Source: a virus
Lineage: Duplodnaviria > Heunggongvirae > Uroviricota > Caudoviricetes
Virus record (IMG/VR): IMGVR_UViG_3300045118_000414
Reading direction: 5' to 3' (one strand)
DNA length: 16,068 bases
The first letter of the stretch is position 1. Every line of letters starts with the position of its first letter. The notes under the pieces are model-generated. The model was not told where the DNA came from and did no database searches. It saw only the letters and a program-made list of their open reading frames with translations. This document shows, one piece after another, positions 7,695 through 13,956 of the stretch. Both the position numbers and the translations under genes were made by a program.

Positions 7695-8832
7695 ATATAT
7701 TATTCCCGGATTAGCCGCAGCCGTAGGCGCTGCAACTTATGCTGTAGCACGTAAAGCATGGAATCCTACAGCATTACAACGAGCATCAAAGGGTAAACTT
7801 ACCTGGGTTAGTGACGCAGGCACGCGAAAAATAATGAGCGGTAAAAATCCACTAAGTAGAACATTAAAGAATATATTCTACGGCGACATTGATGTTACAT
7901 CTGTTGATAAGCTCAAGAATGTAAAAAAAGTTGAAGGTGCGTTGTACGCAGACATTGATGTATTAGGCAAAACACCAAATTTACCTAAAGCCGATATTGG
8001 TCTTAATACGGCATCACATATTATTCGTGAGAAATTACAAAACAAAATAGAGTTTTCAAGACTTAAAGATCCAACACACAGTATCGTGCCAGGTCGTGCA
8101 TTTAGTGAAGCAGTTGGTTCGCCTAAATCAAAGGCAAAATTTTTGGAAGCATTCAGTAAGATTCGTAATAAGCATTATATTAAACCTACTGTTGATTATG
8201 CATCCAGACAAGAAGGACATTTTCCGTCATCAGTTATTAGTGAGATTCAAGAGCATTATAAATTAACAGGCGAAGTCCCAAAACAATATCGTAAAGCAGT
8301 CGGACACTTATTTAAGAATCAGTCTAAATATGTTATACAGCCTGAGGTCGATTACGAAAGAATTAGTAGTGGTATGGATAAAGGTAAACCAAGACACGAA
8401 TTTAGAGTTGAGTTTTCTGTACATAAGAATAAAGTTAGTCCGGTTAATATTACCGGACGTAACGCAGATTGGGCTGGTGGGGTAATACCAATAAATAAAT
8501 CTCATGCAGATAAAAAATTTATATCATCAACTATGGGATCATTACAAAGGATAGTAAAAGCTAATCCAAAAGTATTCAAAGAACGCAGTTTCTTGCTTGG
8601 TGCTGATGTCATTAAAGATGTGAAAGGCAAAACACGGATAGTAGAAATAAATGATCAAAGCGGTAATTTAGATCCCGCGATACTAACAGTCAATTATCGT
8701 CCAAATACTGCCCACAATTTGTACAAAAAAGTAACTGGTCGCGATACTAAAGTTACAGCAGGCATTAAAGCAATAGCTACATCTACCGTTGTAGGTAGCA
8801 CTGCACTTATAGAACGTAAAGAAAAAGCCTGA
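7672..8832 (+). CDS. ATP-grasp fold ligase (RimK/TTL-like superfamily) with hydrophobic terminal helices
   Basis: Motifs in canonical ATP-grasp order: QNKIEF, YIKP, YVIQPEV, EFRV, LLGADVI-x-D-x-x-G-x-x-x-IVEIN (Glu325/Asn327). Confidence 0.8.
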   Translation: MPKNEKNKYIIPGLAAAVGAATYAVARKAWNPTALQRASKGKLTWVSDAGTRKIMSGKNPLSRTLKNIFYGDIDVTSVDKLKNVKKVEGALYADIDVLGKTPNLPKADIGLNTASHIIREKLQNKIEFSRLKDPTHSIVPGRAFSEAVGSPKSKAKFLEAFSKIRNKHYIKPTVDYASRQEGHFPSSVISEIQEHYKLTGEVPKQYRKAVGHLFKNQSKYVIQPEVDYERISSGMDKGKPRHEFRVEFSVHKNKVSPVNITGRNADWAGGVIPINKSHADKKFISSTMGSLQRIVKANPKVFKERSFLLGADVIKDVKGKTRIVEINDQSGNLDPAILTVNYRPNTAHNLYKKVTGRDTKVTAGIKAIATSTVVGSTALIERKEKA

Positions 8833-8848
8833 GATTAATCAGGCTTTT
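8823..8848. terminator. Bidirectional intrinsic terminator between convergent genes
   Basis: AAAAGCCTGA-gattaa-TCAGGCTTTT, a 10-bp perfect stem with A and T runs on its flanks; overlaps the ATP-grasp stop codon. Confidence 0.8.
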
Positions 8849-8877
8849 CTCATTTATATCAGCCAGTGTTCTCTGGT

Positions 8878-9483
8878 TTATGACTCTTTATTTTCCTTTG
8901 ATGCGGCTGGCTCTTTACTTGAAAGAGCTTTTACCTGATCGGCGATTGATTTATTCTCGTCCTCATCCTCACTCTCATCCTCATCATTTTCGATCTGCAG
9001 GACCTTTGAGGGGTCAAGAATTTCGATAGCATCGATTTCGTTGAAAGTAAGGAGCAAGTTATATGGCTTGTCGTCGGAGTCAGTGATAATGCAATTCTCA
9101 ACGTCACCTTCGGCAACAGCTTCAAAATGAATTATATGATCGTCAGCATATATCTTAGTGACTTTTGCTAACACCACTGCGTCTGACTCATCATATCCCC
9201 CATGCCAGCGTTTACTTATTACTCCCTCATCGAGCAATCGAAGCATCCCTTCGTGTTGCACGTGTAACCGCACGATTTTGTCGGGCAGTGTATCGCACAT
9301 GACCTTGAGGACATCATCGGGATTACCTTTTGGATATTGCGGCTTGCTCCATTTAGCACTGTAATTTACAAAAGCACCAAGTTTGTGAATGCCGCCATCT
9401 TTAATCCAGGATAATGGCGCAGCTGCGATTGTGATCGCTTTTAGGGCAAGCATAATGCCACTATTTAATAAAGCGTGTAACAT
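8878..9483 (-). CDS. Hypothetical protein with an acidic low-complexity C-terminus
   Basis: 201 aa; strong SD AAAGGAG upstream; EDESEDEDE tract. Confidence 0.8.
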   Translation of the reverse strand: MLHALLNSGIMLALKAITIAAAPLSWIKDGGIHKLGAFVNYSAKWSKPQYPKGNPDDVLKVMCDTLPDKIVRLHVQHEGMLRLLDEGVISKRWHGGYDESDAVVLAKVTKIYADDHIIHFEAVAEGDVENCIITDSDDKPYNLLLTFNEIDAIEILDPSKVLQIENDEDESEDEDENKSIADQVKALSSKEPAASKENKES

Positions 9484-9496
9484 ATTATTACTCCTT

Positions 9497-9577
9497 TACC
9501 TGTTTATGCATACCCGTTGCAATGGCCCAGGTAGGCCGATTGTTATTGATTTATTGTGAACAATCCGGGTAAATTGC
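9497..9577 (-). ncRNA. Candidate structured cis-regulatory leader (three-way junction plus pseudoknot next to the SD)
   Basis: Pairings 9566-9571/9511-9516, 9559-9565/9538-9544 and 9534-9537/9524-9527. The loop 9528-9533 is complementary to 9497-9502, which adjoins the SD. No known family assigned. Confidence 0.45.
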
Positions 9578-9585
9578 TCATATTC

Positions 9586-9594
9586 TCTTATACC
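9586..9594 (-). promoter_or_regulatory. TGGTATAAGA, putative extended -10 of the leftward promoter
   Basis: TGn-TATAAG pattern about 100 nt upstream of the ATG at 9483; the motif is shared with three other sites. Confidence 0.5.
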
Positions 9595-9599
9595 ACTAT

Positions 9600-9628
9600 T
9601 TGACTTTGTTTAAATAATTTCGTATATT
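9600..9628 (+). promoter_or_regulatory. sigma70-type promoter, leaderless start of ORF 9634
   Basis: TTGACT (9600-9605), N17, TATATT (9623-9628), then 5 nt to the ATG at 9634. Confidence 0.75.
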
Positions 9629-9633
9629 ATACC

Positions 9634-9858
9634 ATGAAATTAAATGATATAAAACTAGCTCTTGTACATCAAGAAGTTGATATGAAGATGCAAATTGCAG
9701 AGTTAGCGGCGCAATTAATCCAGCTTACCGTGCCTGGCGGAGTAGTAACCACAAAAGATTTTTTTGAGTTATACAACGAGCTTTGCAACGAAATATTGGA
9801 ATCGTTAATAGAAGCAAAAGACGATGTGGTGTCCCAAATGCAATCAAAAGAAGTTTAG
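9634..9858 (+). CDS. Small helical hypothetical protein
   Basis: 74 aa; the ATG sits at the predicted transcription start. Confidence 0.65.
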   Translation: MKLNDIKLALVHQEVDMKMQIAELAAQLIQLTVPGGVVTTKDFFELYNELCNEILESLIEAKDDVVSQMQSKEV

Positions 9859-10006
9859 GTTGGAACTTATCTGTACTACTGAATCAGTAGCAACGGATGA
9901 AGCAACTTGCGAAGGATGTGGTTATAAATTTAAAATCACATGGCGATTAAAAAATAGACAAAAATACATATACTCACAAATTGAAAATTATGAAAAGGGT
10001 GGCTGA
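9824..10006 (+). CDS. Small Zn-ribbon protein
   Basis: 60 aa with CPKC...CEGC; followed directly by a terminator. Confidence 0.65.
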   Translation: MWCPKCNQKKFRLELICTTESVATDEATCEGCGYKFKITWRLKNRQKYIYSQIENYEKGG

Positions 10007-10019
10007 GGCTGCCCTTTTT
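9993..10019 (+). terminator. Intrinsic terminator ending the 9634-10006 unit
   Basis: AAAAGGGTGGC-tgag-GCTGCCCTTTT(T); the stem closes with two G-U pairs on the + strand and ends in a T run. Confidence 0.7.
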
Positions 10020-10027
10020 CATTTATG

Positions 10028-10116
10028 TAAAAGAGAAGGTGGCGATAGTTACTCGCCTTCCCTTTGTGACAAAAACCGTGCACGGTGTCGGTTAGAAAGA
10101 GGACATCTAATCCTTC
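10028..10116 (-). ncRNA. Candidate small RNA between two terminators
   Basis: GGTATAAGA motif at 10122-10130, perfect palindrome ACCGTGCACGGT (10076-10087), and a long hairpin around 10031-10065 that pairs better on the minus strand and ends in T residues. Confidence 0.3.
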
Positions 10117-10212
10117 TATGTTCTTATACCGCATTACTTCCTTCAGCCCTAAAGCACATTACATTCGCCAAAAATAAATCAAAAAAATATATCCCCTCAT
10201 CCTCAAGAAAAT

Positions 10213-10244
10213 AAAAAAAAATAGCCCATGTTCTGAGCTATTTT
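10213..10244 (-). terminator. Intrinsic terminator of the long leftward operon
   Basis: The minus strand reads AAAATAGCTCA-gaaca-TGGGCTATTTT followed by more T residues; overlaps the stop codon of ORF 10238..11068. Confidence 0.7.
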
Positions 10245-11068
10245 GGCCAATCACTCTTTTCGAGTAAATTGTCATAAAAACTTTGTAACGCTCCAGCAGC
10301 AACAACACCAAAAGCTTCGAATTGACTGCTCGGTACATTTGTAATTAACCAGTTATTAAAATTATCGCGATGTGTATTTAATATAGTCGGATCGATTGTT
10401 TGTAACATCTGAACAAATATGGGCAGCGCTCTTGGATGATATATAGCGCTAAATTTTAGATCAGATGCGTGCAATGTACGGGGCACACATTCGAGAATTG
10501 GTGCAATTGAAAATAATGGTGCCGAATTTACATAAGCTTCAAATAATTTAAATAGATTTTCATCAACGCCAGCTATTCGATCTTGAATTATCATAAAAGC
10601 AGCGGGGGTCAATATACGTTCATGATCTGCATTTAATATCGTGGTGGCAAATACACCGAAACTATTTAATAACTTGTACTGTGTGCTGTATGTATACATG
10701 CTTGATTCAAGTATGTCTTTAACGGTGATACTATCTGCCTTGTTATTACGTGTTAATACGTTATATGCGTCTAGTCCGTACTTATTTAATACTTTGTGCA
10801 ATTTTAGCGCAGAGTACTCTTCGAAGTATTGTATGGCTCCCGATGCTATAGCTGAATCAGATAGATCTGTGAATGTGACATTTAGTGGACTTGAGTGCTG
10901 TTCGGTGTATATATATTTAGCTATTATATCGAAACCAAATTCAGTTAAAAATTCACGTGCTTCGTCGCTAGTTAATGCAATCATAAAATGAGCCTCAACC
11001 CGTGATTCCGGTCTTTCGTGTTCAAGGATGCTAGTATGTGGTGAATCAAAGTCAACAGGTTCTCCCAA
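10238..11068 (-). CDS. Hypothetical, mostly helical protein (start TTG 11068 or ATG 10984)
   Basis: Long open frame. The ATG at 10984 has a GAGG SD; the TTG at 11068 has none. Confidence 0.75.
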   Translation of the reverse strand: MGEPVDFDSPHTSILEHERPESRVEAHFMIALTSDEAREFLTEFGFDIIAKYIYTEQHSSPLNVTFTDLSDSAIASGAIQYFEEYSALKLHKVLNKYGLDAYNVLTRNNKADSITVKDILESSMYTYSTQYKLLNSFGVFATTILNADHERILTPAAFMIIQDRIAGVDENLFKLFEAYVNSAPLFSIAPILECVPRTLHASDLKFSAIYHPRALPIFVQMLQTIDPTILNTHRDNFNNWLITNVPSSQFEAFGVVAAGALQSFYDNLLEKSDWPK

Positions 11069-11504
11069 AATTTTTTAATTTTTGAATTATTTGCCTATAT
11101 AAGGGATTTTTTGGTTTTTCCGGCTCATGGGCGCACGGTATTAATTTTTTTCCAATTTTTAATTTGGATGATATTACCTCTGTATCATTTTTTAAATAAA
11201 ACGCGCCAAATGGTATAACTGCCATTACATCACGATAAAAAATATTACGAATTTTAAAATGACAACAAAACTTGTCCCCTTTTTCTGCGGCGTACAGGTA
11301 ACTATGAATCCAACCCTCTTCGGCATAATGTACAGTTTCTTTATAATTTACTTTAACTTCAGGGCGCTGTGTTACGCCTGGCTTAATCTGGACTTTCAGC
11401 GCCGCGGTATACCATATCCCATCCACAATTTTAATTGCTTTTACAACTTTTATTGGCCACCAGGCCCTCTTCGGTTTTGCCGGCGATTTCGGATAGAAGC
11501 ACAT
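11052..11504 (-). CDS. Hypothetical phage protein (MCF...IHSY...IPxG-type family)
   Basis: 150 aa; GGAG SD. The motif pattern resembles a recurrent uncharacterised phage family (from recall, unverified). Confidence 0.7.
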   Translation of the reverse strand: MCFYPKSPAKPKRAWWPIKVVKAIKIVDGIWYTAALKVQIKPGVTQRPEVKVNYKETVHYAEEGWIHSYLYAAEKGDKFCCHFKIRNIFYRDVMAVIPFGAFYLKNDTEVISSKLKIGKKLIPCAHEPEKPKNPLYRQIIQKLKNFGRTC

Positions 11505-11817
11505 TTTTTTTCTCCATAACCATTGATAATATTAAACTATTCTCGAGTACTAAGTTGATTTCACTTTCGTCTACTTCCTCGAAGCAACTTGCTTGTCGTA
11601 ATAAGACTTCTTTTCCGGGATATTCACCAGTGTATATAGATCCAACTGCACTTCCTATACGTCCGTCATCCAATAGTACAATTGCCTCGGAATCCTCCAC
11701 ACGATACCCTATTATTGGAAAACGATATATGAAATAGGTGCTGTCTTTGTCATCTTCTCCGCGCCAGTATCCATAATAAGCATGTATATTAGGATTATGA
11801 TTTTCGATGATTGTCAT
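11431..11817 (-). CDS. Hypothetical protein
   Basis: 128 aa; GGAGAGGT SD upstream; 74-nt overlap with the next gene. Confidence 0.65.
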   Translation of the reverse strand: MTIIENHNPNIHAYYGYWRGEDDKDSTYFIYRFPIIGYRVEDSEAIVLLDDGRIGSAVGSIYTGEYPGKEVLLRQASCFEEVDESEINLVLENSLILSMVMEKKNVLLSEIAGKTEEGLVANKSCKSN

Positions 11818-12004
11818 CTAATGTTACCTCTCCATGAACCAAGGCACAGCCTGTTTCACTTAAGAAGTGCTCGAGTCCTGTTGTAATGTTTTTGCAAACT
11901 TCCTCTATAGATATCCCAGCTTCTAATTCAATATCGCACACAATTTTCAAACTGGCCTTAGCTTTTATCTTTTGTGGTTTAACTTTTTTGTTAATGATTG
12001 CCAT
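11795..12004 (-). CDS. Small hypothetical protein
   Basis: 69 aa; AAGGA upstream; fits the operon tiling. Confidence 0.6.
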   Translation of the reverse strand: MAIINKKVKPQKIKAKASLKIVCDIELEAGISIEEVCKNITTGLEHFLSETGCALVHGEVTLDDNHRKS

Positions 12005-12010
12005 CTATTA

Positions 12011-12316
12011 CTAATCCTTATAAATTATCGGTTCTTCTTTGTTTGACAGCCTTTTATAAATAGTTACTAAATATATTATTACTGCTATTACAATGGTTAT
12101 ACTAATTATAATAATCCGAATTAGCCAAGGACATAATAAAACAACATACAGAATTAATCCCGCCATGCCTCCATAAACTACAATTGTTACCGTCATTATG
12201 AGTAACGCACCCGCAAATAGCAGCCTCGATTGATATTTTGTAACGGCTGTTTTCTCCAGGTCCGGAAATACACTTTTTGAAATAGCATACTTCCAACTTT
12301 TACGTGATACATTCAT
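12011..12316 (-). CDS. Small two-TM membrane protein
   Basis: Long hydrophobic stretch LLFAGALLIMTVTIVVYGGMAGLILYVVLLCPWLIRIIIISITIVIAVIIYLVTIY; ATGA overlap with the upstream gene. Confidence 0.7.
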   Translation of the reverse strand: MNVSRKSWKYAISKSVFPDLEKTAVTKYQSRLLFAGALLIMTVTIVVYGGMAGLILYVVLLCPWLIRIIIISITIVIAVIIYLVTIYKRLSNKEEPIIYKD

Positions 12317-12678
12317 AAAATTATTTTACTCCCTATACCCAATTTTGATAATATATTTTCTAACATCTTGCTTGTCTCCATTCGTCCCATTAAAAACATC
12401 GGTTCTCCGGTCATAGATATGATCAGTAATGACGGCAGTGCACGTATACCAAGCATCTCAGCTAATTCATAACCAGCATCACTAACATCTACTCCATATA
12501 AATTTAATTTACCAGTATATTTTTGTGAAATATTTTCTAACATATCAACAGTAGATTTCATAAATGAACACGGTATATAAAACAAAATTAACGCCGGCAC
12601 TAATCCTGAAAATCCAGTATTAACACCGGACACATTATAAATTTTTTCGTTAAACTCTTTCACGTTTAGCGATTGCAT
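12313..12678 (-). CDS. Thioredoxin-fold protein lacking the CxxC active site
   Basis: PALILFY...LENISQKYTGKLNLYGVDV...ELAEMLGIRALPSLL...GEP...G follows the Trx pattern including the cis-Pro. The WCGPC site is replaced by FYIPCSFM (single Cys37). SD AAAGGAG. Confidence 0.75.
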   Translation of the reverse strand: MQSLNVKEFNEKIYNVSGVNTGFSGLVPALILFYIPCSFMKSTVDMLENISQKYTGKLNLYGVDVSDAGYELAEMLGIRALPSLLIISMTGEPMFLMGRMETSKMLENILSKLGIGSKIIL

Positions 12679-13039
12679 TTAATCTCCTTTGTATAAATGT
12701 AGCGCGTTTTCGAAATGCCGTTAACAACTCCTCAGGTGTTTTTGCAGACTTGATGTTCTTATAAGTAGAAGAATTTCCACAATAAGCTTTCATATATGCA
12801 TTTTTTGGTCCATTCTTGGGGGCATATATACATAAGGCACATTGGCTGTTTACGGCTTTACATAAACTACATGAATGATATCTATTAAATCCAATTAATT
12901 TTCGAGCAATCAGCTCTCCATCTATAATTATGGAACATTCATAACAATGCGCGTTCCAAACATCTTTTATAGTTTCTAATGTCACAGTTTTATAAAACTT
13001 CATTAACTGTCTTGCAGCCGTTATATTTTTAGGATGCAT
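12650..13039 (-). CDS. Cys-rich hypothetical protein, paralog of 13515..13901
   Basis: ARKLIGF...CSLC-x6-CALCIY...C...TYKNIKSAKTPEEL; GAAGGTG SD. Confidence 0.75.
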   Translation of the reverse strand: MHPKNITAARQLMKFYKTVTLETIKDVWNAHCYECSIIIDGELIARKLIGFNRYHSCSLCKAVNSQCALCIYAPKNGPKNAYMKAYCGNSSTYKNIKSAKTPEELLTAFRKRATFIQRRLNAIAKRERV

Positions 13040-13253
13040 TTACACCTTCCGTTTTTAACAGCATTGTTTCTTTTTCTAATAATACCATAATTTTATTAAT
13101 GTCTTCTGCAACATGACAGTGCAGTTGGTTATTATTGTCCAAATAAAATACAACATGTTTGTCTGCTGAGTTTTCATGGATTTCAATCGATATAATTTTA
13201 TCAACGTTAATAACTGCTGGACGGCGACATCGATCCATTACTACTATAAACAT
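13029..13253 (-). CDS. Small beta-rich protein, possibly FlbD-like fold
   Basis: INVDKIISIE...HVAEDINKIMVLL resembles the N-x-D-x-I-x-x-I-E...V-x-E-S-x-x-x-I pattern of FlbD-like proteins; AAGGTGG SD. The fold call is tentative. Confidence 0.6.
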   Translation of the reverse strand: MFIVVMDRCRRPAVINVDKIISIEIHENSADKHVVFYLDNNNQLHCHVAEDINKIMVLLEKETMLLKTEGVNAS

Positions 13254-13558
13254 TCTATTTCCACCTTTCTTATTTCAGTAACACCTGGGTACTTGATCGA
13301 GAACTCGCGCATAGTATACATTCCAAAGTATACTTCTGTACCACCGCTTATACCATTAAGTGTTATATTTATTTGAACACTTACTGCGGTATCTTTGAGA
13401 TTCTTTGCTTCACCGGACACAAGGACATGGTCGGCCCCCATGGTTATTCGTAAATTTTGTATTTGGATTTTTGGATCATTCTTTGATGGAGCAGGAGCTT
13501 CTAACAATCCGCAGCTATATAATAGCATACTTACCACTAACATCATCATCCATTTCAT
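13244..13558 (-). CDS. Predicted lipoprotein with an Ig-like (FxLYD-like) beta domain
   Basis: The ATG at 13558 has a GAAAGGTG SD, so it is preferred over 13573. The signal peptide MKWMMMLVVSMLLYSC ends in a lipobox-like Cys; VSGEAKN...VSVQINITL follows. Confidence 0.65.
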   Translation of the reverse strand: MKWMMMLVVSMLLYSCGLLEAPAPSKNDPKIQIQNLRITMGADHVLVSGEAKNLKDTAVSVQINITLNGISGGTEVYFGMYTMREFSIKYPGVTEIRKVEIECL

Positions 13559-13901
13559 ATTCGCACCTTTCAATAAGTTGTTGTATATAGTTCATTCTTG
13601 CTTTATAGGCCAAGTATAATTTTTCTGGTGTATCTGCGCTGGCGATTGCACGATAAGTTTTCTCATTAACACCCGCTGTGCAATGTTCTTCAGCTACTTG
13701 CATGTAAAAGCAATCTATACATGTGTCCGCAATAGCACAAATTATACATTCATTGGTATCACCAAACCCTGTTAACGCCCTAGCGACATCTTTAACACCA
13801 TAAGTCTTAAACGCGTTCTCTACTTGTACGCATGTAAGATCTCGATACAGCTGAGCTAGTCTCTTAGCTGCATTTAATGCTGGTATACTAAATGCCTTCA
13901 T
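13515..13901 (-). CDS. Cys-rich hypothetical protein, paralog of 12650..13039
   Basis: ARALTGF...CIIC-x5-CIDCFY...C...TYRAIASADTPEKL; AGGAG SD. Confidence 0.75.
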   Translation of the reverse strand: MKAFSIPALNAAKRLAQLYRDLTCVQVENAFKTYGVKDVARALTGFGDTNECIICAIADTCIDCFYMQVAEEHCTAGVNEKTYRAIASADTPEKLYLAYKARMNYIQQLIERCEYEMDDDVSGKYAII

Positions 13902-13903
13902 AT

Positions 13904-13932
13904 TTGCTTTTCTCCTAAATTTTATGTATATT
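13904..13932 (+). promoter_or_regulatory. sigma70-type rightward promoter facing the leftward GGTATAAGA element
   Basis: TTGCTT (13904-13909), N17, TATATT (13927-13932). Confidence 0.55.
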
Positions 13933-13956
13933 ATATATGTAAATGCATAACAAATA

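Noticed and set aside
2043-8505. Minus-strand ORFs 2043..2408, 2868..3131, 3941..4138, 4110..4337, 5483..5854, 6041..6238, 6187..6540, 6586..7008, 7075..7281 and 8308..8505
   Set aside because: They are antisense shadows of well-supported + strand genes. Their Pro/Ala/Thr-rich composition is what the reverse of Gly-rich codons gives.
3870-8832. Lys-rich C-termini as eukaryotic KKxx ER-retrieval signals
   Set aside because: Only one tail (KKTK) fits the spacing; the positive-inside rule or nucleic-acid binding explains them more simply.
8950-8990. CTCATC-like short repeats
   Set aside because: They are explained by the acidic EDESEDEDE tract of ORF 8878..9483, not a separate DNA repeat.
9497-9577. 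Assigning the leader to a known class (c-di-GMP, SAM, preQ1-III, HDV-like or hammerhead)
   Set aside because: Only short fragments resemble those consensus sequences, the helix order does not fit HDV-like ribozymes, and the hammerhead CUGAUGA/GAAA core is absent.
9981-10214. 77-aa + strand ORF from the track
   Set aside because: It starts inside the Zn-ribbon gene, runs through that unit's terminator (9993-10019) and has no recognisable motif; more likely a chance frame over a non-coding gap.
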